Source: a virus
Lineage: Duplodnaviria > Caudoviricetes
Virus record (IMG/VR): IMGVR_UViG_3300008255_000208
Coordinates: 1 to 43,037 of that record
Reading direction: 5' to 3' (one strand)
DNA: 43,037 nucleotides
Shown here: positions 27,716 to 37,238 of the stretch, in pieces
Numbering within the stretch: position 1 is the stretch's first letter
Layout: each line of letters opens with the position of its first letter
Made by a program: the position numbers and the translations under genes
Notes under the pieces: model-generated
What the model was told of the DNA's origin: nothing
Database searches by the model: none
Seen by the model: the letters and a program-made list of their open reading frames with translations, nothing else

Positions 27716-28807
27716 TTACCACCAGTCGCCCGGCTTGGCCTTGTCCTCGCTGGCCCGGTGGGCTTCATATTCGGCAAAGGACATGTCCTCCACCGCTTTC
27801 GTCGGCGCCGCCTTGCCCTTGAGAGGGTCGATGGGTTCGGGCGCCTGCGAAACCTTCTTGGGTGCGGCCGGCGCACCATCCTTGGCCTTGGCTGCCGGCG
27901 CCGCCTTCTTCTGAGCGTCGGTCAGCGGCACATCGAGCTTGGCGATGCGCAGGATCTGCGCGCGCGGCGAGAGCTTGGCGATCTCCTCGCTCAATGCGGG
28001 CTTGTCCACGAACGCCTTGAGGATGGCGTCGGGGTTCTCGGCCTCGTCAATCGCCAGCAACATGTCGCGGGTGATGGCGAGATTGAGCGGGTTGGCTGGG
28101 TCGGTCACCTGCTTCCACACATCGGGCAGCACCTCGGTGACCAGTCCACCGATCGACTCCAGCGCCGCCACCACCTCGGCATCAGGCTTGGCGTCGTCGG
28201 CCTTGGGCGCGGGTTTTTCCTCGGTCTTGGCCTTCTCCTTCGGCTTGCCCTTCGATTTCTCGAACAGCGTCTTGGCCTCCAGATAGTCCTCGTAGTCATC
28301 GAAGTCGGCAGCGTTGGGCGCCTCGGTCGGGGCGTCCTTGGCCTTATCCTCGACCTTGGCGGGCTCGGCCTGCTTGGCTTTCAGATCGTCCAGCTCACGC
28401 TGCACGGCATCGCGCTGGCGGGTGGCGCGCTCCAGGCGGCGCTTGAAACCCTTGGGCAGCGGGTTGCCGTTGTCGTCCAGCTCGGTGTCATCATCTGCCG
28501 GGGCAGCTTTGGCCGCGGGCTTCTTCTCCTCCGTCTTGGCCTTGTCGCCATCCTCCTCGACGGCGGCAGCCTTGCCGGTGCCATCGACCACGGTCGGCTC
28601 GTTGCCCTCGGCCTCCTCGTCATCGGCCTGTGCTTCGAGCACCTGATCGACCTGGGCGGCGTTGTCGTCCTCTACCTCGAACTCGGACACATCCTGATCG
28701 GGCATGTTGCCCAGCACATCATTGACGCCGAACGAATCGGTGAGGCGCACGGTCGGCGCGGATGGGGATTTCTCCCCCGTGTTTGTCGTCACTACATCGT
28801 CGGCCAT
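27716..28807 (-). CDS. Scaffolding protein
   Basis: Acidic, low complexity, between portal and coat; KGFKRRLER, FDDYEDYLEA, SQAPEPI, MSFAEYEAHR. Confidence 0.85.
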   Translation of the reverse strand: MADDVVTTNTGEKSPSAPTVRLTDSFGVNDVLGNMPDQDVSEFEVEDDNAAQVDQVLEAQADDEEAEGNEPTVVDGTGKAAAVEEDGDKAKTEEKKPAAKAAPADDDTELDDNGNPLPKGFKRRLERATRQRDAVQRELDDLKAKQAEPAKVEDKAKDAPTEAPNAADFDDYEDYLEAKTLFEKSKGKPKEKAKTEEKPAPKADDAKPDAEVVAALESIGGLVTEVLPDVWKQVTDPANPLNLAITRDMLLAIDEAENPDAILKAFVDKPALSEEIAKLSPRAQILRIAKLDVPLTDAQKKAAPAAKAKDGAPAAPKKVSQAPEPIDPLKGKAAPTKAVEDMSFAEYEAHRASEDKAKPGDWW

Positions 28808-28808
28808 G

Positions 28809-30971
28809 TCAGGCTCCTGCTTTTTTCTTGGCTGCTGGCTTCTTGGGACCGGCAGGCGTTGCCGCCTTCACGTCTGCTGGTGCTGGTTGGTTGGCCACGG
28901 CAAGGAGCTGGGCCATAGCCTCGGCTACCGCGTCCTTGATCATCAGTGCGACCTGATCGCCACCGCTGGCTGCGGCGCTGATCTCGGCCATCTTCGCCTT
29001 GGCTTCCTCGGTCTTGGCCTGTGCCATCGCGATGGTGGCGTCGGCCGTGTGCATTTCGGCCTCGGCCTGCTTCATCAGCACCTGCTCCTCGGGCGTCGGC
29101 TCCTGCTTGGCGATCTCGGCGTCCTCGATCTCGCGCGGCGTGAGGAACTTCGGCGGCACCAGCTTGATGAGGCGAGCTGCCACCTGCTCGGCGCCGGGCC
29201 AGTCCATGTTCGAGGCGATCTTGTCGAGGATCACCGCACCAGCGGCCGGCACCACGCGCACGAACTCCATCAGAGCCTCGACGGCTTCGACGCGCTGCGT
29301 GCTGTAGCTCGGGCCAGCCTTGACCACGACATCGAACTTGCCCGCCTGGATGTCGTTGACGATCACCTTCTGGCCGGTCTGCTCGTCCACCACGGTCTTG
29401 TTGATCTCCACCCAATCGCCCTGCCCGTCGCGGTTGCGGATGCGCTGCACGCGCTCTCCGTCCATGATCTTGGGGATGATCTCGGTGCCGATGATGCCGA
29501 CACGGCGGATGGCCTTGGAGAGATTGTCGGAGAACACGTAGCTGCCCACGTCCGCCTCGCGCTGGCGAGCCATGATGGCCTTGCCGCTCGTCTCGTTCGA
29601 GCGCTCGCCCACTGAGGCGTCGTACATTCCCAGCGTGGCCTTCACCTTGTCGGTGAAGATGGCTGCCATCTGCAGCTCGGCCACTGGCATGGGTGACTGC
29701 TCGGTGCGCTCGGGCTTGTTGCCGGTGGCGCTGCGGTTGAAGGGCAGGTAGGCATGGTTGATCGAGTTGGCCGTGCGCCAGATGCCCTCATAGCCCTCGA
29801 TCATTTCCGCTTCCACGATCCACGGCGACTTGGGCGCCAGGCCGATGCGCTCGACGGCTGCCGAAATGTAGTAGTTGTCGGCAATCTTGGCGTCCTTGGA
29901 GTGGTAGATCAGCCCGCGATACATGGACTTGTCGGGGTAATCGACGCGCTTGCCAGCCACCGGGATGATGGGGATGGTCTGGCCCGGCCACACCTTGCCC
30001 TTCTCGCCGCCTTCGAGGATCGAGCGGCCGGTGATCTTGCGCCAGATGACGCGGTACGTCTCCAGCTCGCGCTCGCGCACCACGGTGACGGGCGGGTCTT
30101 GCTTGGCGAGGTCATCGAGAATGCTGACCTTGGTCTTTTTGCCGGTGGCCTCGTCGGTCACCTCTACGTTCTCCAGCTCATCCTTGAACGAGACGGTGCC
30201 GTTGGAGAGCTGCACCAGGGTGCGCTTGATGGGCTCGCGGGTGAAATACTCGGCCACCTTCACGATGTCCTGATCGCACCACCATGCCCAGCCGTCGCCA
30301 TTGTCGCTGGCCACGGGCTCGAAGTTCGCGGTGGGCCAGCGCTTCTCGGCTTCCTTGCGGGGCAGCTCGTCAATGATGAAGCCCCAGCCGGCGTCCGACA
30401 TGTCGGGCTCGTCGGTGTTGGGATCCATCAGCACCGCCCAGCGGTTGCGGACGGCGGCGATGTACATTTCCTGATCCATCGTCACGCCCTGCCCGTAGCG
30501 GGTGAAGACGCGGAGCCAGCCCATGCCCGTCTCGATGGCGTGGTGGGCGGCGGTGTCGTAGTGCGTCTCGGCGCCGCACACGTACTCGACGTTGCGCAGG
30601 ATGCCCTCATAGACCTGGGCGAGGGTGTAGTTCGAGACGCCGTCGACGCTGGTCACCTTGACCGAGGCGCCCGTGCTGTCACCGGGGTTGACTTGGATCG
30701 AGGGGCGATTCTGGAGGATGTCGCCATAGACCTGATCGACATACTGCGGGAGGGTGTTGATCACCAGCGCGGGGCGCCCGGCGTTGATGCGCCTGATCTT
30801 CTCCTGCACATCCCACTGCTCGCCATCGAGGAAGGCCAGATCGGCGAGCCATTCGCGGTGCTGCTCCTCCCAATAGCTGACGGCGAAGGTGGCGCGGTCG
30901 CGGGCTTCGGCCAGGATGCCCAGCTCGTCTTCGGAGACTCGCGTGCTGATGAGTGTCTTGCTGTCGTCCAT
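28809..30971 (-). CDS. Portal protein, P22-like
   Basis: DLAFLDGEQW, RPALVINTL, ETSGKAIMARQ, FDVVVKAGPSYSTQR, MDWPGA. Confidence 0.93.
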   Translation of the reverse strand: MDDSKTLISTRVSEDELGILAEARDRATFAVSYWEEQHREWLADLAFLDGEQWDVQEKIRRINAGRPALVINTLPQYVDQVYGDILQNRPSIQVNPGDSTGASVKVTSVDGVSNYTLAQVYEGILRNVEYVCGAETHYDTAAHHAIETGMGWLRVFTRYGQGVTMDQEMYIAAVRNRWAVLMDPNTDEPDMSDAGWGFIIDELPRKEAEKRWPTANFEPVASDNGDGWAWWCDQDIVKVAEYFTREPIKRTLVQLSNGTVSFKDELENVEVTDEATGKKTKVSILDDLAKQDPPVTVVRERELETYRVIWRKITGRSILEGGEKGKVWPGQTIPIIPVAGKRVDYPDKSMYRGLIYHSKDAKIADNYYISAAVERIGLAPKSPWIVEAEMIEGYEGIWRTANSINHAYLPFNRSATGNKPERTEQSPMPVAELQMAAIFTDKVKATLGMYDASVGERSNETSGKAIMARQREADVGSYVFSDNLSKAIRRVGIIGTEIIPKIMDGERVQRIRNRDGQGDWVEINKTVVDEQTGQKVIVNDIQAGKFDVVVKAGPSYSTQRVEAVEALMEFVRVVPAAGAVILDKIASNMDWPGAEQVAARLIKLVPPKFLTPREIEDAEIAKQEPTPEEQVLMKQAEAEMHTADATIAMAQAKTEEAKAKMAEISAAASGGDQVALMIKDAVAEAMAQLLAVANQPAPADVKAATPAGPKKPAAKKKAGA

Positions 30972-32690
30972 CTAAACCCCCTGCCATCCGTGTGGTCGAG
31001 CGGTGCTGCTCGATGGGACGCCATACGATTCCCCGTCAGCCGGTTTGGCAGCGGGGTCTTTGTGTGTCAATCCGATGTTCATGAGCGCGTCGTTGGGGTG
31101 AGAGGCCCAATTATGCAGGGGTTCGGGCTTGAACACCTCGCGCTCGTCGTCATACTCGCGCTGGTACTTCTTCATGGCGCTCCACCCGCCGCGCCCCTCC
31201 TCCCAATGGCAATCCTCGCTGCGCCCGTTGAAGCCGAGGAGGCAGTCCGTCTCGCAGCGCACGATGTCGATCCACATGTTCTGGAACAACGGGCGCATGG
31301 GCTCGATGGCGTCTCGCTTCATCAGCGGGCGAGTCACCTGCACGAAGCCAATGCCCATCGTCTTGGCGGTATCGAGACGGCTCTTGCCGGTGGATAACTC
31401 GCGCACCGCCAGATCATGCGGGCCGTAGTGCTTGCCGAAGCGGATGCCGAACTTGTCGCGGAAGTCGTGGAGATAGTTGATGTAGTGCTCCATCCCCGAG
31501 TCGCGGTTCTTGTAGAAGGCGACCAGGCGCTCCTCGTAGCCGCGCTTCTGCTTGAACCAGATCGACATGTCATCATCTATGCCCAGATCCCAATAGGTAT
31601 CGACCGGGAGGCGCGGGTCGATGGGGATGAAGTCGAGTGCGCGACCGTCGGCGATCAGGCGCTCCAGCTCCTTGCGCCAGATCAGGCCCTCCAGCATCGC
31701 CTCGTCGGGCTCCTGCTGATACTGGCTCGAGTAGAGGTATGGGTCGGCCTTCTTCATCGACATCAGCGCACTCAGCGGTTCCTTCCACTCCCAATACGAC
31801 ACGGGCTCGCCCTTGAAGCCGGTGTCACTCAGGAACTGTGCTCGTATAGCAGGTGGCAGCGCGTCGGCGTACTCCCTGTCCACAACTGCCGGGATCTTCA
31901 CGCGGCGATAGGTGTCGGGCGTCTTCGGCCCCATGAGGTAATCGGTGCTGTCACCCTTGGTGATCCGCTGCTGGATCATGACGATGGGCACCTGATCGCG
32001 GGCGAGGCGCGAGCGCAGGATGCGGTTGAGGCGCTTGTTGGACTTGTTGACCTGGGTGAAGCTGCCATCGTCCTTGGACGGCAAGGGATCGTCGATCAGG
32101 AGCGCCCCGGTGAAGGCGTTGCCATCCACCATGAAGCCAGCGCGACGGCCCATGATCTGCCCAGCGAGGCTGGCGCCGTACATCGTGTGGCGGTTGCCGT
32201 GCTCATCGTTCATTTCCCAATTGAACTTCTGGTTGGTGTCCTTGGAGGGCGCCAGCGGCCAGAAGGTCTGGAACTGCTCGCTCGTCACGATGTCGCGAAC
32301 GCGGCTGGTGTTCTCCTTCACCAGATCGTCGGAGTAGCTGACCGGCAGCCAGCGGGTGGACTGACCGGGCAGGGGATCGCCGGCACGGGTCGCAGCGCGA
32401 TTCCGGTGGATCGAGTTGGCGATGGCATAGCCCGGCAGGTGGATCGAGAAGATTTCCGTCTTGGTCGCACCAGGCGCGCAGTTGATGATGGTCCGGTGCT
32501 GGCGCCCCTCGATCACGGCAAGCAGCTCGTCGCTGATGTAGCTGTGATGCCAGTTCCACACGAAGCGTTGGCCTTGGAGCCACCAGAAGAAGCACTGGAT
32601 GAAGATCGGGAACGAGGTCGCGCAACAGTCGCGCAGCACCGCCTTCTCCGTCAGCGTCAGTTGCTCCCAATCGAGGCGCTCCAAGTCCAT
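30972..32690 (-). CDS. terL: Terminase large subunit
   Basis: IINCAPGATKTE (Walker A-like), LLIDDP (Walker B), SQYQQEP, WDLGIDD, PHDL and HNWASHPNDA nuclease motifs. Confidence 0.92.
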   Translation of the reverse strand: MDLERLDWEQLTLTEKAVLRDCCATSFPIFIQCFFWWLQGQRFVWNWHHSYISDELLAVIEGRQHRTIINCAPGATKTEIFSIHLPGYAIANSIHRNRAATRAGDPLPGQSTRWLPVSYSDDLVKENTSRVRDIVTSEQFQTFWPLAPSKDTNQKFNWEMNDEHGNRHTMYGASLAGQIMGRRAGFMVDGNAFTGALLIDDPLPSKDDGSFTQVNKSNKRLNRILRSRLARDQVPIVMIQQRITKGDSTDYLMGPKTPDTYRRVKIPAVVDREYADALPPAIRAQFLSDTGFKGEPVSYWEWKEPLSALMSMKKADPYLYSSQYQQEPDEAMLEGLIWRKELERLIADGRALDFIPIDPRLPVDTYWDLGIDDDMSIWFKQKRGYEERLVAFYKNRDSGMEHYINYLHDFRDKFGIRFGKHYGPHDLAVRELSTGKSRLDTAKTMGIGFVQVTRPLMKRDAIEPMRPLFQNMWIDIVRCETDCLLGFNGRSEDCHWEEGRGGWSAMKKYQREYDDEREVFKPEPLHNWASHPNDALMNIGLTHKDPAAKPADGESYGVPSSSTARPHGWQGV

Positions 32691-32691
32691 G

Positions 32692-33333
32692 TCAGTGTGT
32701 GGTTCCCGCCGCTGCCTTCTCGGCCAGGAGGTCGGTCACCTCGAAGTCCTCGGCCTCGTCCATGCTGTGCAGCACCAGCGCCTCCTTGCGCATCAGCTCC
32801 AGCATGTTGACCAGCCCGTGGGTCTTCTCCTCGGGCGTGCGGGCCGCGGCGTTCACCCATAGGCTGATGTAGGCGCCGATGTGTATCCACGCGCTCACCA
32901 CCGCCTGCGGCCGGCTGGCGCGCTGGTGCTGATCGACCAGCCATTCGAGCATCGGGCGGAACACGCGGCGGGCCAAATCCTCGGCATCAGGCCCTTCGGT
33001 CATGTCCGTCACGATGTCGGCAAGCTGCTCGCGCGCCTCGGCCAGCTTCTCCTCGAAGCCGGGCATGGGCTCGGGCACCGGGATCATGGCGCCGTTGAAC
33101 AGCTCGGCTGTGGCAGTCGTCAGGCGCCCGGCAGGGTCGAGCACCACGAAATCGGTAGGCTTGGCCGTCATGAGGCTGCCGTGGATGGCGACCACGCGGG
33201 GCATTCCGGCCACCTTGAAGTGCTCGGTGTAGGTCCGCCCCTTCGACCATTCATGGATCAGCTCGGCGCCCGCGTCGGTGCCGTCCCACTGCATGGCGTC
33301 CACCGTCGCCGCCTCTCGAACTCGGTATTTCAT
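32692..33333 (-). CDS. Hypothetical protein inserted between terS and terL
   Basis: ATGA coupling with the terS stop; KYR...VDAMQWDG...DFVV N-terminal motif. Confidence 0.75.
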   Translation of the reverse strand: MKYRVREAATVDAMQWDGTDAGAELIHEWSKGRTYTEHFKVAGMPRVVAIHGSLMTAKPTDFVVLDPAGRLTTATAELFNGAMIPVPEPMPGFEEKLAEAREQLADIVTDMTEGPDAEDLARRVFRPMLEWLVDQHQRASRPQAVVSAWIHIGAYISLWVNAAARTPEEKTHGLVNMLELMRKEALVLHSMDEAEDFEVTDLLAEKAAAGTTH

Positions 33334-33830
33334 GCCTTCACCTTTCCGCCTTTGAGGAATTCGAGGAGCTTTTCGGATGCCGCCTTCACCTGATCCTCGG
33401 GCACGGTGATGGCAGCCAGCGGGATAGCACCGCCCCCTGGCCCGCTGATCTGGCGCCGGTTGGTGTAGGCATCGCCCACCTCCTTGGCAGCCTGTTCGAG
33501 GAGTTGGGCGCTGGCCATGATGTTCTTCCGCTTGCCCATTTCGCGGGCCATCTTGTCGAGCTGGCGCAGCCGGAAGGCGCGATGAGCGATCGGGATCTGG
33601 ATAGTCTCGTCTACGAACGCCTTGCGGGCAGCGTTGAACATCGCCACCCACTTCTTGCCGAGGCTGTGCCCGGCCGCCTTGGTCGGGTCGTAGCCCTGCA
33701 CCTGCTGGCGGGTCAGCTCAACCTCGAACTCCTCCTTGACGGCTGCGGCCACCTCGCTGGGGGTGTCCCAGCAAGCGAGCGCCATGACGATGAAGGCTTT
33801 CACCTCGTCATCGAGCTTTCGCGGTGCCAT
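33330..33830 (-). CDS. terS: Terminase small subunit, DUF2280 family
   Basis: KAFIVMALACWDTPSEVAAAVKEEF, YDPTK, LLEQAAKEVGDAYTN. Confidence 0.85.
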   Translation of the reverse strand: MAPRKLDDEVKAFIVMALACWDTPSEVAAAVKEEFEVELTRQQVQGYDPTKAAGHSLGKKWVAMFNAARKAFVDETIQIPIAHRAFRLRQLDKMAREMGKRKNIMASAQLLEQAAKEVGDAYTNRRQISGPGGGAIPLAAITVPEDQVKAASEKLLEFLKGGKVKA

Positions 33831-33855
33831 CGTCTGTCTTGCCCCCGTCTGGTAA

Positions 33856-34464
33856 TCAGGCCACTCGCCTCAACTGGCATGTACCACAAGCCTGGGCGAT
33901 GTGGACATGGGCGATGGTCGGCCCTCGGTTGGCCGCGTCCACCAGATCCTGCACTTTGGCAGCTCCAGCACCGTAGCGAGCGACGATGGAGACGAACTCC
34001 TCCACGTCATGCCCCCTGATAGCGAGCTTGGGGAGCCCGGCCTTGGTGAAGGCTGGCATCCCGAATTCATCCTTGTCCTGGCCGGCGTGAAGCAGCTCGT
34101 GCTCGACCAGAGCGCAGAACTCCACGTCTGAGCACTGTCGGCAGTATTCCGCGTCGAGGGTGATGACGAAATCGGGGACAAGGCCGAACCAGCCGACGAG
34201 CTGCTGGATCAGACGTGCCTTGGCCCACTTGCCCATTGCCATTGGAACGCCGGTTTCGCACTGGCCTATGACCTGCCTACCCCGGCGCGCGTTCTCCACG
34301 TCAGCCCACAAAAATCCGATAGTGGCGGCGTGCAGGTGCGTGTGCTCCGGGTTGTAGAGCTTGCCCCCCTCGGTGATGAAGGTTTCCCGGCACCACAGCT
34401 CCACCTCACCGGCTGGTGACATGGCGGTGTCCGAGTTGGGCTCGGGAGGGATGGGGCGCTTCAT
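33856..34464 (-). CDS. Putative phage metallopeptidase
   Basis: FCALVEHELLH (HExxH) and IRGHDVEEF; usual neighbour of DUF2280. Confidence 0.85.
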   Translation of the reverse strand: MKRPIPPEPNSDTAMSPAGEVELWCRETFITEGGKLYNPEHTHLHAATIGFLWADVENARRGRQVIGQCETGVPMAMGKWAKARLIQQLVGWFGLVPDFVITLDAEYCRQCSDVEFCALVEHELLHAGQDKDEFGMPAFTKAGLPKLAIRGHDVEEFVSIVARYGAGAAKVQDLVDAANRGPTIAHVHIAQACGTCQLRRVA

Positions 34465-34661
34465 GGTGCGATCAGGCAGCGATAGGCGCGGCGGGCATCA
34501 TCGAAGCGGTCAACGATGCGCCCTGGCCCGATCAGGCGGAGCTTGCCATCTACCTCTGCGATCCAGCGGCGTTGTTCCTTCTCGGTCCACTTGCGGCCGA
34601 TGTGGAAGCTGTCGGGATAGGCGTACTTCGCGATCACGTCAGGGTCGGTGGCCGCGCTCAT
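34461..34661 (-). CDS. Small hypothetical protein
   Basis: ATGA-coupled on both sides. Confidence 0.65.
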   Translation of the reverse strand: MSAATDPDVIAKYAYPDSFHIGRKWTEKEQRRWIAEVDGKLRLIGPGRIVDRFDDARRAYRCLIAP

Positions 34662-35071
34662 TCGGTTTCCTCGCCCGATTCGGGGAGCGGCACGTTGCCA
34701 TTGCCCAGCATCGTCTCAGCGAACACGCGGGTTTCGGTCAGGGCCAGCTCGAGGAGTGTCTTGCGGAGCTTCCCCCCTGCCACGCCCTCGCCGCCGATGC
34801 TGGTGGCGAGCATCCAGCCGCACACAAACTGGATGGCTTGGTGCATCTGCTGGGGTGGCACCTCGTCGTTCTGCGCTTGAAGCAGCACCTCCATGAAGGC
34901 GGCGCCGACCTTGGAGCCCACGCGGGCAACGGCGGGGCGCTCCTCGGCGTAGGCGCGGAACTCACGGCGCACTGCATCGCAGTTGGCGTCGATCTGCTTC
35001 TTGTTGAACACACGGCGTTTTGTGCCGGCGACGTGCGCAGGCTGGGTAGAGGGCGAGGATTCCATGTCCAT
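34658..35071 (-). CDS. Hypothetical protein
   Basis: AAGGA RBS; coupled to the next gene. Confidence 0.7.
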   Translation of the reverse strand: MDMESSPSTQPAHVAGTKRRVFNKKQIDANCDAVRREFRAYAEERPAVARVGSKVGAAFMEVLLQAQNDEVPPQQMHQAIQFVCGWMLATSIGGEGVAGGKLRKTLLELALTETRVFAETMLGNGNVPLPESGEETE

Positions 35072-35091
35072 GTCCTTGGTGGTGGGGAAGT

Positions 35092-35328
35092 CTAGTGGGG
35101 GTGGCTCCGTGGGGCGAAGCGCAGCGGGATTTCCTGCCGCGTATCTTGGGTGTTGAGCTTGCTGACCACCTCGCGGATGGCGCAGGTGAGGCTTGAGGCT
35201 TCCTCTTTCAGCTCATCATGGCTGGCCTGCACCGCCTGCTCGACGGGATCTGGAACGCCGTGCTCGATGGGCTGCTTGTGGAAGATGGTCGACCAAAACG
35301 GGATGCGCTTGGAGACGGAAGTGCTCAT
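35092..35328 (-). CDS. Small hypothetical protein following the holin candidate
   Basis: GAGGAG RBS; fills the gap. Confidence 0.65.
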   Translation of the reverse strand: MSTSVSKRIPFWSTIFHKQPIEHGVPDPVEQAVQASHDELKEEASSLTCAIREVVSKLNTQDTRQEIPLRFAPRSHPH

Positions 35329-35329
35329 G

Positions 35330-35545
35330 TCATGCTCCTCGGTTCATGCCTTCAACGAGGGAGCGCAGTTCGCGGATAGCTCCGGTCGCGTCGGCAAGTG
35401 CGGTCTGATACTTGCCAGCCTCCTCGATGCGCTTCTCCTGGGAGGCGACATAGAGATCAAATAGGCGCTTTGAAACCATCGCAAATAGGGCGACGGCAAG
35501 ACCAGCCGGACCATACCCAACGAGCGTGGGGATGATTTGCTCCAT
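35330..35545 (-). CDS. Putative holin (one TM helix + coiled-coil)
   Basis: LVGYGPAGLAVALFAMV then a charged helix; lies in the lysis cassette. Confidence 0.55.
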   Translation of the reverse strand: MEQIIPTLVGYGPAGLAVALFAMVSKRLFDLYVASQEKRIEEAGKYQTALADATGAIRELRSLVEGMNRGA

Positions 35546-35850
35546 CAGCGCAGCCCCTCATTGAAGCGGTAGCAGCGGAGCTTGCTGGCCGATTCCTGCG
35601 ACTTGGCGTCCTTGAAGCGCATGATGACCACGCGCGCCTCGTCGCCCACCACCACCACCGGATCGGCAACGGGCTGGCGACACTCGGTCGGCTGCGCGGG
35701 ATAGTTGGTCCCGGCTGCGGCAACCCCGATGCGTTCAGCGGACTGGAGCTGCAGGGCGCGGTTCACCCCGCACCCGGTCAACATCAGACTGAGACAGAGG
35801 GCAGCTCCGGCCTTCAACAGCGAGCTGGGCGGCATAGCGGGCATTTTCAT
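35545..35850 (-). CDS. o-spanin (Rz1-like lipoprotein)
   Basis: Lipobox LMLTGC; Pro/Cys-containing mature part; starts inside the i-spanin in another frame; exact start uncertain. Confidence 0.75.
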   Translation of the reverse strand: MKMPAMPPSSLLKAGAALCLSLMLTGCGVNRALQLQSAERIGVAAAGTNYPAQPTECRQPVADPVVVVGDEARVVIMRFKDAKSQESASKLRCYRFNEGLR

Positions 35851-36166
35851 CTTCGAGGCTTTCCAGTTCGCGGGCGCGGGCTTCCTCACGGGCAGCTACC
35901 TCGTCCTGATAGAGCTTGAGGGTGCGGTCGGCTTGGTCTTGCTGGCGCTGACGCTCTGCGCTCTCCGCCTTGTTGGCGGCATCCATCGTGCGGATGGTAC
36001 AGGCATCTTCGGCCCGGTCCCGCTCATAGCGGCGGATGCTCGGGTCGATGATGAACTCGTGAAGTGCCCACACCCCGGCGCCACCAACGCCAGCGCCCCC
36101 GAGCCCGGCCACAATGGCAAGGATCGAGGGCGAGAGGCCGAGGAGGAGGCCGAGAAGCTTGAGCAT
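35735..36166 (-). CDS. i-spanin (Rz-like)
   Basis: Hydrophobic N-terminus, long coiled-coil, C-terminal CPLSQSDV. Confidence 0.75.
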   Translation of the reverse strand: MLKLLGLLLGLSPSILAIVAGLGGAGVGGAGVWALHEFIIDPSIRRYERDRAEDACTIRTMDAANKAESAERQRQQDQADRTLKLYQDEVAAREEARARELESLEDENARYAAQLAVEGRSCPLSQSDVDRVRGEPRPAAPVR

Positions 36167-36694
36167 CTATGCCTCGCTGCCGGCGAGAGGGGCGCCACCG
36201 GCTGCCAAGATGATGCGGCGAACGTTGGCAGGCTGGGCCGTCTTCCACGGAGCGCGGCGAATCGCGATGATCGGGGACTTGGCCTTGCGGACGATGTTGA
36301 CGGCATCGGTCTGGTTGAAGCCGAGGATGTGGTAGTGGGTGTCGTCCTCGCCCACATACTGCGCCACGTGCCCGCCCTGGCCGCGCGGGAACACCAGCGT
36401 GTCGCCCAGCATGGCGACGGTCTGCGGCGTGCCCCACAGCGCCCAATTGCGCGCCCACAGGGCATTTCCGCCCGGATGATAGTCCCAGCCCGCGCGCTTG
36501 GCGCAGATCGACTGGCCGAGGCCGCACCAGGCGGTCGCGTCACCGGGATAGGTGGTGTTGGTTTCTTCGGCCCAGCCCATGATGACGGGGTTGTTGAGCG
36601 CGCCGAGAACTTCCTTGGTGCCGACGAGCGCGAGCGCTTCGAGGAGCATCTTGGGACCGGGCTCGCGCCACAGCCATTCGTAACCCTTCTGCAT
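36167..36694 (-). CDS. Endolysin candidate, TIGR02594 / NlpC-P60-like Cys-His peptidase
   Basis: DATAWCG, WARNW..WG, GDTLVF.R..GGHV, ILGFNQ; GGAGG RBS before ATG 36694. Confidence 0.85.
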   Translation of the reverse strand: MQKGYEWLWREPGPKMLLEALALVGTKEVLGALNNPVIMGWAEETNTTYPGDATAWCGLGQSICAKRAGWDYHPGGNALWARNWALWGTPQTVAMLGDTLVFPRGQGGHVAQYVGEDDTHYHILGFNQTDAVNIVRKAKSPIIAIRRAPWKTAQPANVRRIILAAGGAPLAGSEA

Positions 36695-36721
36695 AGTCGC
36701 CTCCATTTTGCCTGATTCGGT

Positions 36722-37042
36722 TTACTCGAAATCCGCGTAGACCGCGAGGGGGACCGGGGTGCGGTAGTGCCGTCCCTCCACCACTGTCTTGAGGATGCCG
36801 TTGCGCACCGGGTAGATGAACTCGTCGCGCTTGAGCACGAAGGCGCAGCCGGGGTCAGCCGGCAGCGCCATGTAGTCAGGCCACATTTCGGCATAGAGGG
36901 CAGGCGCGTCCACGAGCTGGTGGATCAGCTTCTCGTCGCCGTCGCTAAACGGCAGCCCCTTCACCCGTTGCAGGTACCGCAACAAGGCGTGGCGCGTGAT
37001 GCGCGGGCGCCAGCACCGCGTACTGTTGACCACCGACTGCAT
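36722..37042 (-). CDS. Hypothetical phage protein
   Basis: ITRHALLRYLQRV motif; start uncertain. Confidence 0.6.
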   Translation of the reverse strand: MQSVVNSTRCWRPRITRHALLRYLQRVKGLPFSDGDEKLIHQLVDAPALYAEMWPDYMALPADPGCAFVLKRDEFIYPVRNGILKTVVEGRHYRTPVPLAVYADFE

Positions 37043-37238
37043 CGAGAACCGCCCCCAACTCCATCGCTCCTGCCATGCGGCGCAGCACGCCCTTGGTCAG
37101 GCGATGCTTATTTTCTGCCGCGCGCACCTGCCGATCGGTGCATCCTATGGTGGCGGCGAACTCCACCTGTGTCTGCCCCGCCGCCATCCGTCGAGCGTAG
37201 ACGAACAGCGCCAGCGCGTCACTGAACTTGATCTGCAT
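36945..37238 (-). CDS. XRE-family HTH protein
   Basis: RRMAAGQTQVEFAATIGCTDRQVRAAEN. Confidence 0.7.
   Translation of the reverse strand: MQIKFSDALALFVYARRMAAGQTQVEFAATIGCTDRQVRAAENKHRLTKGVLRRMAGAMELGAVLDAVGGQQYAVLAPAHHAPRLVAVPATGEGAAV

Noticed and set aside
28792-29415. Same-strand alternative-frame ORFs in the portal gene and elsewhere (2194-3075, 5587-6327, 6862-7548)
   Set aside because: Arg/Gly/Pro-rich off-frame translations; the main frame keeps its codon bias there, unlike at 12977-13264.
33334-33651. N-terminal extension of ORF 32692-33651
   Set aside because: It overlaps terS out of frame; the ATGA-coupled start at 33333 is more plausible.
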